Of a stretch of 56,313 nt of DNA, positions 9,284 through 18,261 are shown one piece after another. The notes under the pieces are model-generated. The model worked only from the letters and a program-made list of their open reading frames with translations, was not told where the DNA came from and did no database searches. Made by a program: the position numbers and the translations under genes. This DNA is from a virus (lineage: Duplodnaviria > Caudoviricetes): IMG/VR virus record IMGVR_UViG_3300031788_000018, positions 1 through 56,313 of that record; one strand, written 5' to 3'. Position 1 is the first letter of the stretch. Each line of letters opens with the position of its first letter.

Positions 9284-9486
9284 TTGGACTATTGTCCATC
9301 ACCGTCTTAGTTCTAGCTCCAATATTTGCAATCGCTTTAGAGATAAAAAATGAAGTCAGACGCGCTTTAAGTAGAGATAAAAAGGCCGCTAGTCTAATTA
9401 TAAGCTTAACTTTTAATACCCTTTTCCTTATAGGATTCTTTCTGTTCTTGTATGAAGTTTACGAATGGTTAGGACATTATGCTTAA
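9262..9486 (+). CDS. Hypothetical membrane protein, 2 predicted TM helices
   Basis: Two hydrophobic stretches. Confidence 0.6.
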   Translation: MYKVFNIIGLLSITVLVLAPIFAIALEIKNEVRRALSRDKKAASLIISLTFNTLFLIGFFLFLYEVYEWLGHYA

Positions 9487-10369
9487 GAATTTATTCAAGC
9501 TATTAAAGATGTGTTATAATGCCAAAGGCAGCTATAAGCTTCTGATGGCAATTCTGTTAACTGAGTTATCGATGGTAGCTCTCACGGTCGGTCTAAATCA
9601 ATTTAGACGTATGTTCATGGATTCTTTCCAACAACACAACTTCCAACACTTTTTAGAGGCCATAGCCTTCTTTTCCGCCATGGCAGCAGCTTGGGTTTTG
9701 AGCAAAGGTTATAATTCGTACTTTAAAAGAGGCCTATCGTTCATTTGGCGTGAGGCTTTGTATTTAAAGCTTACTTCTGGAGTCTTAAATGAGACGGGAA
9801 CTAACGAGCAACGATTGACCATGGATTTAGAAGAACTTACAACGATGACCTTGACTTTGGCTACAGCTTGTATCAACGCTTTTATTACCTTACCTATTTT
9901 CATATACCTATTAGTCTCCACAGCTAGTCCTTGGTTTTTATTACCAATAGCCATATGGGTAATTGTTGGCAGCCGAATTGCAAAATGGATCGCTCAACCG
10001 TTAGTTCAACTTTCCTATGAACAAGAAAGCAGAGAATCAACTCTAAGACAAAAGATACTTACTTGGGATAAAAGTTTCACTAAAGCACCAGTCTTAGATG
10101 ATGTTAAACAGAACTGGTCCGCTTTAATGATTCGAGCCAAGAAATTAGGTTTCTTTCAGTCGGGCTATTTACAAGCGGCAGTAGTATTCCCGCATTTGCT
10201 TCTGGCTAGGCAATATTTCTTTGGGACTCTTTCTTTGGGTGTTCTTTTTGCGACTGCAGATGCCATGAAAGTCATTATTGAATGTTCAGAACTCATTATC
10301 GAGAAGCAGGATGATATTTCAAAACTGGAATCAGTGATTAATCGCATAGTCGAAATGGAGACAAAATAA
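9479..10369 (+). CDS. SbmA/BacA-like (ABC_membrane_2-type) transmembrane transporter domain, no ATPase domain
   Basis: N-x-F-x-x-x-F-x-D-S-F-Q, WREAL, NEQRLTMD, EQESRESTLRQ (EAxFR-like), YFFGTLSLG; multiple TM helices; no Walker A. Confidence 0.7.
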   Translation: MLKNLFKLLKMCYNAKGSYKLLMAILLTELSMVALTVGLNQFRRMFMDSFQQHNFQHFLEAIAFFSAMAAAWVLSKGYNSYFKRGLSFIWREALYLKLTSGVLNETGTNEQRLTMDLEELTTMTLTLATACINAFITLPIFIYLLVSTASPWFLLPIAIWVIVGSRIAKWIAQPLVQLSYEQESRESTLRQKILTWDKSFTKAPVLDDVKQNWSALMIRAKKLGFFQSGYLQAAVVFPHLLLARQYFFGTLSLGVLFATADAMKVIIECSELIIEKQDDISKLESVINRIVEMETK

Positions 10370-10575
10370 TGGCATTAGATAAATTCTTAAAGACACTTCA
10401 ACTACAAATATCAGATATGGAAAAAGATATTGATACAATGATAAAGAAAATCAATAGCTTAGATCTAGATGAAGAATCGTTAAATGAAGTTCTTACTACG
10501 TTAAAACAAACCGCCTCTGATCTTGAAGCTGCAAAATACTTGCATCAAAGACCTCAGTGGCACAAAAGATACTAG
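10369..10575 (+). CDS. Hypothetical coiled-coil protein
   Basis: GGAG RBS, heptad pattern. Confidence 0.6.
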   Translation: MALDKFLKTLQLQISDMEKDIDTMIKKINSLDLDEESLNEVLTTLKQTASDLEAAKYLHQRPQWHKRY

Positions 10576-10583
10576 GAGCACAT

Positions 10584-10790
10584 ATGTATAAATTTATGTT
10601 AGCAGCAGTTTTATTAACGTTTACCAGCGCTTGCGCGGTTTCGTATAGTCGCGGATATTCGACTTCTCAATGTTATTACATCTATAAAGATAGCATTAAC
10701 CGTACGTATTATGCTCAAGGTGGCTTTATAACTCAAGAACAACAAGTCGGCATTTATAACCAATATGCCGCTTGCATGAATGGATATTAG
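10584..10790 (+). CDS. Small putative lipoprotein or secreted protein
   Basis: AGGAG RBS; signal peptide with TSAC lipobox-like site. Confidence 0.55.
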   Translation: MYKFMLAAVLLTFTSACAVSYSRGYSTSQCYYIYKDSINRTYYAQGGFITQEQQVGIYNQYAACMNGY

Positions 10791-10798
10791 GAGATAAT

Positions 10799-11020
10799 AT
10801 GATCAGTGTACTTCAAAGGATATTTTACTTAGGCGATGATCGCAGAGGATTAGTGAGTATAACCCCTAGCAAGGAAGATCCGGCTTATTATAAAATCCAG
10901 ATCGGAGAAGATCCGGCATTAATATATTATATAATGGATTTCTCTGATACTTCATTATTCGAAGCATTAGTTGAATTAGATATTGCAATTAGAGCTAAAG
11001 AAAGGTCTATTAAAATATGA
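10799..11020 (+). CDS. Hypothetical protein
   Basis: AGGAGA RBS before ATG 10799. Confidence 0.6.
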   Translation: MISVLQRIFYLGDDRRGLVSITPSKEDPAYYKIQIGEDPALIYYIMDFSDTSLFEALVELDIAIRAKERSIKI

Positions 11021-11328
11021 AAAAGAACTTAGAAGAATTAAAAGTAACTCTACCAAAAGAGTTAGTCGAACCAGTACTCGTGGCCCGTGATAGGGCGATA
11101 CAAGTGGCCAGTAGTCATTATTTGAGAAATATCCTTATAGGTACAGCGGTAGTAATCGGCGCTAATATGTGGCTGGTTCAATCAGAAGCCTTTGGTTTCA
11201 TAGGCGGAATGGCCACTTTGATAATGTTTAGTGCTGGTTATATAGATTCAGTCAAAAACATAGATGATGAAGCTGCCAAGGCTATAGTGGATATGATTGA
11301 GGAAGAGTTGAAGAAAGATAAGACATGA
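11017..11328 (+). CDS. Hypothetical membrane protein, 2 predicted TM helices
   Basis: ATGA overlap; two hydrophobic segments. Confidence 0.6.
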   Translation: MKKNLEELKVTLPKELVEPVLVARDRAIQVASSHYLRNILIGTAVVIGANMWLVQSEAFGFIGGMATLIMFSAGYIDSVKNIDDEAAKAIVDMIEEELKKDKT

Positions 11329-11378
11329 ATATTGCATAGGAAAATATAAAGCAATCAGTTACTATATTAATAAAATAC

Positions 11379-11407
11379 TTGACAAAATTTAGCTTTTATG
11401 TTATCCT
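11379..11407 (+). promoter_or_regulatory. sigma70-type promoter TTGACA-17-TATCCT
   Basis: ttgaca aaatttagcttttatgt tatcct upstream of 11439. Confidence 0.6.
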
Positions 11408-11438
11408 ATAAATGAGGAGACCTATTTAGGCATATTTT

Positions 11439-12977
11439 ATGAACCGGTCCAATGATAGAGAAGATTTAGTAGTAGTTACAAAAGATAGAGAACGTACTTA
11501 TGAAGGTACGAGATTACAACCAGCACAAATGCTGTGGCAATGCACGACTCAGAATTGCTTAAGTCCAATTAAAATTCGAAGACGTGGACAATATCAAGAT
11601 AAACTAATCTGTAATATTTGCTCCAATAGAATTAAAAGCAAAGACCCTATAGTACTCGCTAATAGGGGTAAGGCTATTTCTAAAGCTATAGCCGAGAGAG
11701 GTGATCAATGGTCTGTTACAGCTACTAAAAACATGTCTGTTCAAGCTACTAGAGATAAGATTTCAGAATCTGTGACTGATTATATAGCTGAAAATCCTGA
11801 AGCAATTGAAATTAGAAGAGAAACTGCATTAAAAAACAACGAAGTTAGCGGTTTTGGGACATCTGAGTTTGGCAAGAATATATGGGATAGCTTGACTGAT
11901 GAGGAGCGTAAAACTAGAGTAAGCAATGCTTTAACTGAACAAGCGATTTCTCTTCATGATAGACATGTTCGATTGGCTAAACTGAGATTTCCAGATTTTA
12001 CTGTGTTAACTTTCAACGATGATGGAGTGTATCAATATATGTGTCCAAAAGAACATATATTTTTACAGCGCAGCAATAATTTTATTAAACGCGGTAACTG
12101 TCCGTTTTGTACTCCTAAAAGTTCAATGGAAATTAAAGTTTATGACTTTATAAAAGATCTTCTACCTAATATAGAGCGGAACCGTCGTGTTTTATATAGG
12201 GACGATACTAAAAATGGGAACAATGCTCTAGAAATAGATTTATACGATGAAGAACGCAAATTCGGAATCGAATTACACGGCCTATATTGGCATCAAGAGG
12301 CAGAATCGGACATTTCTATAGGCGTTGACAGATCAAGTCATAGGCTTAAGGCAGAATTAGCCGACAAACATGATATTAAGTTACTGCAGTTTTTTGAAGA
12401 TGAAATTAATGAACAAACTGATATAGTAGAATCTGTAATAAAAGCTAAATTAGGAATATTTCAACATAAGATATATGCTAGAGAATGTACTTTGAAAGAA
12501 GTTGATTATAAAACGGCCAGTGCTTTTTTAAACGCAAATCACTTGCAAGGTCAATGTCGAGGCACGTTACGCCTAGGTCTATGGTATAAGGACGAATTGG
12601 TATCTCTACTTACTTTTAGAACTCCTAGAGTCAATGAAGACGAAAAAACAGTAGAGATAGCTAGATTCTGTTCCAAACTAAATTGGAGCGTAGGCTCTGG
12701 CTTCGATAGGTTACTGGCCTCAGCTGAGAAAAGTCTAAAAGCTAACGGAATAGATACGATTATGACATATGCAGATAGACGTTATAGTCACGGTGAAGTT
12801 TATGAGAGAAATAAGTTCCAATTTGTAGAATTCACAGAACCCGATATGCACTGGTGTAATAAAGAGTCAAGATTTCCTAGGCAGATCTCATGGAAAAAAG
12901 GTGACGCAGCTATGAAAGAAGAAGGGTACTGGAAAATTTATGGTACGGGAAATTCTAAATGGATAAAGAAAATATAG
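11439..12977 (+). CDS. Putative Hef-like homing endonuclease (Zn ribbons, PD-(D/E)xK/Vsr-like nuclease, C-terminal GNAT-like domain)
   Basis: CPKEH...CPFC; LEIDLY...GIELHGLYWH; LLQFFEDE; IYAREC...FLNANHLQG; EIARFCS...TYADRRYS; convergent on the capsid gene. Confidence 0.75.
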   Translation: MNRSNDREDLVVVTKDRERTYEGTRLQPAQMLWQCTTQNCLSPIKIRRRGQYQDKLICNICSNRIKSKDPIVLANRGKAISKAIAERGDQWSVTATKNMSVQATRDKISESVTDYIAENPEAIEIRRETALKNNEVSGFGTSEFGKNIWDSLTDEERKTRVSNALTEQAISLHDRHVRLAKLRFPDFTVLTFNDDGVYQYMCPKEHIFLQRSNNFIKRGNCPFCTPKSSMEIKVYDFIKDLLPNIERNRRVLYRDDTKNGNNALEIDLYDEERKFGIELHGLYWHQEAESDISIGVDRSSHRLKAELADKHDIKLLQFFEDEINEQTDIVESVIKAKLGIFQHKIYARECTLKEVDYKTASAFLNANHLQGQCRGTLRLGLWYKDELVSLLTFRTPRVNEDEKTVEIARFCSKLNWSVGSGFDRLLASAEKSLKANGIDTIMTYADRRYSHGEVYERNKFQFVEFTEPDMHWCNKESRFPRQISWKKGDAAMKEEGYWKIYGTGNSKWIKKI

Positions 12978-12990
12978 GACACCATAAAAC

Positions 12991-13030
12991 AAAAAGCCCA
13001 AGGAAATCAATCCTTGGGCTTAATGTTTTT
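12991..13030. terminator. Bidirectional rho-independent terminator
   Basis: aagcccaagga-aatcaa-tccttgggctt, with an A-tract on the left and T-rich sequence on the right, between convergent genes. Confidence 0.85.
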
Positions 13031-13048
13031 ATATTTAACTAACTAAGA

Positions 13049-14455
13049 TTAGTATCCGCCGCCAGTCAATTGTCCTGTAAGATTGTCTAAAAGAACGTTC
13101 TTACGAGGTTGGAAAACTGCTAAAGATAGAAATCTGAAGTGCGCTTCGGGAAGCGACAAATCTGCGACTGCAAGCTTTAATTTGCTATAAGGAGCAAGTT
13201 GAGCAATACCCATTGTGTTCCCTTGAACCAAGAATCCTGTTACGGAACCTGGGGAGCGAGCACCTAAGTCAGTGAAAGTTACGCCTGTTCCATAAGGAGA
13301 AGCGATCTTTCCGATGAATTGAGCACTTGAAGCTGATCCGCCGACTTCTGAACGATAAACGTTGAAGCCCGCTGCCAAAGCTACTGCTGGGATAGCAACA
13401 GTTACTTTGTCACCTGCTGCAGCTACCGCTACGGAAACTGCTGCACTTGGAAGAGATTCACCGCGTATGCTGAAAGCAGTTACGAAGTACCAGTAAGTGC
13501 CAGCTGCTAACATTGAACCTGCTGCACCTGCATCGGATGGAGTGATTGCACCTGGAGCCGCTGGGGATCCGGAGCGAGCACGAGCTGGTTGTGTTTTTCC
13601 AGAAAGGAACCTAGAAGGCTCTAAGGAAACTACAGCTGCTGAAGTCCATTGAGTACGTAAGTGAGCGCCAGTAGCTTCTTGAGCTGAACCAGCAAGCATG
13701 ATACGTTCTTTAGCGTGTGAGATCTTGTTGTAAGCTGATAGAACGATTGGATCTACTAACAATTTGTCAGCGGCACCCATGTTCATTGCACTTCTTACTG
13801 AAGAATCTTCGATGATGGATTGCGTAAGCGTTCCGTCAGCCGAAAGTACTACAGTCAAGCTAGATCCGTATTCAGAGAACATCAAATCTTGGGTGTTTAA
13901 TTCACCGTCTGATTGACGTACTTGAAGATCTAAGCCGATCATGTTAGGCATTTTAGCGATTGCAAGTGGGTTACCATCGAATACGCCTGCGTTTGAGAAG
14001 TCAGATTGTCCACGGAACAAGTCGAATTCTACGTCACCGCAAAGTTTCATTGCAGCGTCAGCAGCTGAACGATCTTCCGCTTTTACGCCATCAAGTGTAG
14101 CTACCATGTTGGAAGCAACAGTTACGCGACGTGTCGTGGAGTAGTAAGCCATAGGCACTACAGCACGGACGAAATTACTTGTATCCTCTTCGCCGATCCC
14201 GCCTTCAAATTGAGCGGATCCACCGAAGATACCATAATCAAGTTGTCTGTCGAATTGATGTAATTGCGACTTAACAGCCTTGCTAGTTAGCATCTTTTGT
14301 AACTTGATGTGTGAATCATCAAAAGTCACATTGTGCATGATTGGGGAAAGATCTTCGATCATCAAGGCAGCGCCTTGTACTAATTGGCCTGGAGCTGCAT
14401 TGTAAGAACCAGCTTCCAAAGCCTTCATCAGTGATTGCATTTGTTCAGTATACAT
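13049..14455 (-). CDS. Major capsid protein (precursor with short propeptide; inserted Fn3/Ig-like domain)
   Basis: LMKALEAG N-terminus, GAALMIEDL, highly biased codon usage, inserted YWYFVTAFSIRGESLPS Ig module, follows the scaffold, strong terminator downstream. Confidence 0.85.
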   Translation of the reverse strand: MYTEQMQSLMKALEAGSYNAAPGQLVQGAALMIEDLSPIMHNVTFDDSHIKLQKMLTSKAVKSQLHQFDRQLDYGIFGGSAQFEGGIGEEDTSNFVRAVVPMAYYSTTRRVTVASNMVATLDGVKAEDRSAADAAMKLCGDVEFDLFRGQSDFSNAGVFDGNPLAIAKMPNMIGLDLQVRQSDGELNTQDLMFSEYGSSLTVVLSADGTLTQSIIEDSSVRSAMNMGAADKLLVDPIVLSAYNKISHAKERIMLAGSAQEATGAHLRTQWTSAAVVSLEPSRFLSGKTQPARARSGSPAAPGAITPSDAGAAGSMLAAGTYWYFVTAFSIRGESLPSAAVSVAVAAAGDKVTVAIPAVALAAGFNVYRSEVGGSASSAQFIGKIASPYGTGVTFTDLGARSPGSVTGFLVQGNTMGIAQLAPYSKLKLAVADLSLPEAHFRFLSLAVFQPRKNVLLDNLTGQLTGGGY

Positions 14456-14482
14456 AAGGTATTATCTCCTAGTTAAAGTCTC

Positions 14483-15391
14483 TTACTTGAGTAAGTGACT
14501 GATACTTGTTAAGCTTGCACCGTCAAGGTAGTAAGCGTTGATTAATTCTCTATCAGACTTCGATAAACTTGGTTCTGAAGATTTTTTGGTTAATATGGTC
14601 GTAATTTCTGTTTTGGATAAGGTAGCTACTTCTTTAGTTTCTTCACTTTTGGTGATAGAATCCAATCGAGTAATGGCCTTACTTTGAGGGGCTGCCTTGG
14701 AAGCTTGTCCCTTTAACCATTCAGTTATTACATCCAAGTTCTTCTTAAGTCCATCTCTTTCAGCTTTAAGGGCTGCGATTTCAGACTTTTGAATTTCAGG
14801 CTCGGAACCAATATCCTTAGACTTTTCATGCAACTCTTTGTGGGAGATTTCATGTTTATCATGAGGCTTGAGTTCGGTCGGTTTTTCAACCTTCTCCATC
14901 TCTTTTGGTTCTTTTAAAGCACCTTTGATAGCTTCTTTCTTCTCGTGGTGCGCCTTAGTTTCTTCTTCTTCTTTGCCGTGATGATGTTCTTCTTCAGCTT
15001 CTTCTTTGCCGTGATGATGTTCTTCTTCAGCTTCTTCTTTGCCGTGATGCTCTTTTTCTTCTTCGAGATCATGGCAAGTAAGTCCATGGTGTTCCATGGC
15101 TTTCTTTAAAGCGTGATGGTGAGCGTGGATCTCACCTTTATGCATGCTCATATACATTTTATGCATATGTTCCATGTCTTCATCATCATAGTCATGCTCT
15201 GGGCTTTCTTTATGCTCTTCAGATTCCTTTTCTTCATGATGAGCTTTTTTGTGCTCTTCATGATGCTTAGGTTCTTCTTTAGCATCTTTATGCTCAGGTT
15301 CAAAGTGTTCCTCAGCCTTAGCGAGGTGGGCGGTGAATTCCGCTTCCACACTTTGAATTAGCTTTGCTAGTTCAGTCTCAGTGTAATGCAT
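14483..15391 (-). CDS. Putative head scaffolding protein, His/Glu/Lys-rich
   Basis: Directly upstream of MCP; charged low-complexity sequence with coiled coil; many x-x-K-[SA] sites. Confidence 0.65.
   Translation of the reverse strand: MHYTETELAKLIQSVEAEFTAHLAKAEEHFEPEHKDAKEEPKHHEEHKKAHHEEKESEEHKESPEHDYDDEDMEHMHKMYMSMHKGEIHAHHHALKKAMEHHGLTCHDLEEEKEHHGKEEAEEEHHHGKEEAEEEHHHGKEEEETKAHHEKKEAIKGALKEPKEMEKVEKPTELKPHDKHEISHKELHEKSKDIGSEPEIQKSEIAALKAERDGLKKNLDVITEWLKGQASKAAPQSKAITRLDSITKSEETKEVATLSKTEITTILTKKSSEPSLSKSDRELINAYYLDGASLTSISHLLK
14966..15050 (-). repeat. 33-bp tandem repeat (about 2.5 copies) encoding HHHGKEEAEEE
   Basis: tcttctttgccgtgatgatgttcttcttcagct repeated. Confidence 0.85.
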
Positions 15392-15418
15392 GGTTTATAC
15401 TCCTTCCAAGTGTTAAAA

Positions 15419-15898
15419 TTAAACGCCCTTGGTTGGGAAATATAGCTCGTCAATGTCTGCAGCAGGAGCGCCAGCAGCAACTGCAGCGTTAAGAGAAGCT
15501 TCAGTTACAGCGGTTCCGCTAGCGATTTCAAACAATTCAAATTCAACACCAGTCTTGATTGATTCAGCTGAAGCGATTGCGATATCCGAAAGTAAAGGCC
15601 ATGGCTTGTTAGCTGTAGCTGTTAATTCGAAAGCGAATTGTAATAGATGAGGAGCATATGCGAAAGTGCTACTTCCGAAAATGTCTGGAGAACCAGCATC
15701 TACACCGATAATTCTGATAAGAATAACTGGTGAACCTTCAGATTCAGTTCCTGCATGGCTTAAGAAAAGCATTGGCCAGCCAGCGCTGTCGAAAGAGTGA
15801 CGAACGAATGAAAGACCAGCTGCGGCTGCTGGAAAACGGATTGCTAATTTATCGCCTAGATCTCTTGCTAGAGCTATGGCTTTTGCTGTACTCTTCAT
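15419..15898 (-). CDS. Hypothetical virion (head-associated) protein
   Basis: First gene of the capsid operon; Ala-rich with MCP-like codon bias; GAGG RBS. Confidence 0.55.
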   Translation of the reverse strand: MKSTAKAIALARDLGDKLAIRFPAAAAGLSFVRHSFDSAGWPMLFLSHAGTESEGSPVILIRIIGVDAGSPDIFGSSTFAYAPHLLQFAFELTATANKPWPLLSDIAIASAESIKTGVEFELFEIASGTAVTEASLNAAVAAGAPAADIDELYFPTKGV

Positions 15899-16123
15899 AT
15901 AAATACCTCTAAGTATAGGGTTTATGGTTAATCTGTGTACATTTTCAATACTACTAATGTACTATAATCAATGTTTGGAACATGTTAGAAGATCCTGTGT
16001 TATTTCAAAGAATTACAATGATTATCAATATGAGTTTTAACCTTATATAATCCACTACAAGTCAGTGATATAGTTATGTAAGAGTTTTATACAAAGCAAT
16101 CTTAATGCTGAGGATTATACAAA

Positions 16124-17629
16124 ATGGCTACTAAAATTCAAGGCATTGCGGCCAGTGAGAACATCGATAGTTCAGGAGAAGTGCTCTTAATGTCCGGATT
16201 GGATATTACATCTTTGGATAAAGATGGTACTTTAAACTTTGAACACAAATCCGATCTTCCTGGGCAAACTGTAGGTAAAATCCTAACTGCTAAGAAAATA
16301 ATGACCGAAGACGAATGCTCCTCAGATAATGAGAAATTCTTCTGGTCCCAATGTCAAGTTCCCTTTCTTTATATTACTGGCGAATTATTTGACGATTATA
16401 ATGAATCAGCAAAAGATATTGCCGGTCTATTTATGTACTCTGCCGCTAATTCCCATGAACATGATATCGTTGGCTTTTCAATCGAGGGAGCTAAGATAGA
16501 TAAGAATGGAATGTACATCACAAAATCTATCGCTCGCAAAGTCACTATCACTGTAACTCCTTGTAATAAAGCAGCTATTGCTAAATTAATGCCAGAAAAT
16601 AAACCTGTAAAAGATTCTATGAATGATCTTTTTGATCAAGATATCTTTAAATCCGAATCTTCGATTGCCATCCAATTACTTAACGCAGGAACTACCATGG
16701 AAAAAGCCGACAAATTCAGTAAACGTCCCTACGACCATACTTCCACTGGCAAACCGATCCATATCAATTTTGAGCATCCTGCTCACAAAGATTTCACTCC
16801 AGCTGAACATCATGAAGCTGCAGCAATGCACGCCGATTACGCTAGCGGACATGGAGTCGCCCACTTAGCTCCGGCCTCTCATATCTCCGATATGCACACT
16901 GCTGAAGGTAAAAAACATACCGAAGCTGCTAATATGAAGAAAGCTGAACCAGCAGCACCAAAAGCTCCTAAGCCGGTCGGCACTCCTATACCTTTTAATA
17001 CTGAAACAAGACAAAAGATCAAAGCTCCAGAAGGCTGGCAAGGCACTTTGGTGCAAACTAAAGGCGGCAATGCTGCAGCTCATTATGAGCACCCAATGAT
17101 GGGGACTGTTTCAGTTATGAAAAATCCTGAAACTAATAAGTTTGACGTTAAACATGCCGGTAACTATGCTGGAGTCGGCGGAGTTTCTGGTCATGGACAC
17201 GCAGATGCGAAAAGTGCTAGCGCTCATGCTCATAAATACCTAAGCGGTTTAAACGCCGGTACTACTGGCGGCAACAGATCGTTTAACATGCCTTCTCAAG
17301 GAGCTTCCGGAGCCCCTAAGGCTGGCCAGAAAGAGATCAAGAAAGCTTTGACTGCCGGATCTGGAAACGTCGCTCCTTCTCAATTAGCTGGCGGTGCCGC
17401 ATTAGTGAAGGAAAGTTTGGATAGTGGTAAGAAAAAATGGTCCAAACGTGCCAAGGAAGAATACAAGGTTTGGGGCAAGAAAGAAGAATTCCGAGATTTC
17501 ATGCACAAAAGAATGCCTAACTTAACTTTAGGCGAGATCGATTCTATTGGTTCAGTTATTGCTATGAATAAATCCTTAAAAGCAGAAAAGATCCTAGCAA
17601 AAAGTATGCCTAAGAAACCTAAGAAATAG
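16124..17629 (+). CDS. Prohead protease with long His/Lys-rich C-terminal extension
   Basis: IQGIAASENIDSSGE, LNFEH, LYITGELF, VGFSIEG, VTITVTPCN (HK97/herpes-fold protease motifs). Confidence 0.8.
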   Translation: MATKIQGIAASENIDSSGEVLLMSGLDITSLDKDGTLNFEHKSDLPGQTVGKILTAKKIMTEDECSSDNEKFFWSQCQVPFLYITGELFDDYNESAKDIAGLFMYSAANSHEHDIVGFSIEGAKIDKNGMYITKSIARKVTITVTPCNKAAIAKLMPENKPVKDSMNDLFDQDIFKSESSIAIQLLNAGTTMEKADKFSKRPYDHTSTGKPIHINFEHPAHKDFTPAEHHEAAAMHADYASGHGVAHLAPASHISDMHTAEGKKHTEAANMKKAEPAAPKAPKPVGTPIPFNTETRQKIKAPEGWQGTLVQTKGGNAAAHYEHPMMGTVSVMKNPETNKFDVKHAGNYAGVGGVSGHGHADAKSASAHAHKYLSGLNAGTTGGNRSFNMPSQGASGAPKAGQKEIKKALTAGSGNVAPSQLAGGAALVKESLDSGKKKWSKRAKEEYKVWGKKEEFRDFMHKRMPNLTLGEIDSIGSVIAMNKSLKAEKILAKSMPKKPKK

Positions 17630-17647
17630 TCCATGATATAGTATAGT

Positions 17648-18094
17648 ATGATAACTATAGCGTGTAGACCTGTATTGGACCGAGTTTATCGTGTTTTAGA
17701 ATGGGATGGACGCTTTAAAGATCGTACATTTAGTGAAGAAGAAATCAAAGATACTTTTGTTTTAAACACAATGCGCTCTGGCGGCTTTTTTACTGTGACT
17801 ATTGATTACTATGACTGCCAGTTTGTAACTAGTTTTATTGAACATAAAATCATACAGGTGCAAGAACAGTTTAAAATTCCAGCTAGCATCATAATGGATT
17901 ACCGGACTCATTTGAGACTTAGTGCTTATTGCTCTTTTCTGGCCAATAAAGATAGCATTGAATTATTGGATATCTATGAAGATTTACCTATTCACGTTAT
18001 AGATAAAAGCTCAGTCCGTGGTAAGGATGCCACTGATTTCATTGCCATCGGTTTAGATTTTGATAGTAGTAATATCTATGCTAATTATGTTTAA
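17648..18094 (+). CDS. Hypothetical protein
   Basis: 148-aa ORF. Confidence 0.6.
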   Translation: MITIACRPVLDRVYRVLEWDGRFKDRTFSEEEIKDTFVLNTMRSGGFFTVTIDYYDCQFVTSFIEHKIIQVQEQFKIPASIIMDYRTHLRLSAYCSFLANKDSIELLDIYEDLPIHVIDKSSVRGKDATDFIAIGLDFDSSNIYANYV

Positions 18095-18144
18095 GTCTCT
18101 GCCGGAAACTATCAAATAGTGACAGTATGTGGCTTTTCTTGTAA

Positions 18145-18203
18145 ATGTCCTAAATAGATATTTTAATGTCCTATTTATGTCTTTAGTGTCCTATTTAGGA
18201 CAC
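18145..18203. repeat. Cluster of TGTCCTA direct repeats ending in a palindrome
   Basis: atgtccta at 18145 and 18166, atgtcttt at 18177, gtgtcctatttaggacac at 18186-18203; non-coding. Confidence 0.7.
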
Positions 18204-18226
18204 ATGTGTTTCGTGTAAAATAACCA

Positions 18227-18254
18227 TTGACATATTACTTAGCTATGTTATACT
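18227..18254 (+). promoter_or_regulatory. sigma70-type promoter TTGACA-16-TATACT
   Basis: ttgaca tattacttagctatgt tatact. Confidence 0.6.
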
Positions 18255-18261
18255 GATACTG

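Noticed and set aside
15899-16123. ncRNA or tRNA in the largest intergenic gaps (also 18095-18261)
   Set aside because: AT-rich with no cloverleaf, T-loop motif or stable long stems; better explained as promoter regions.
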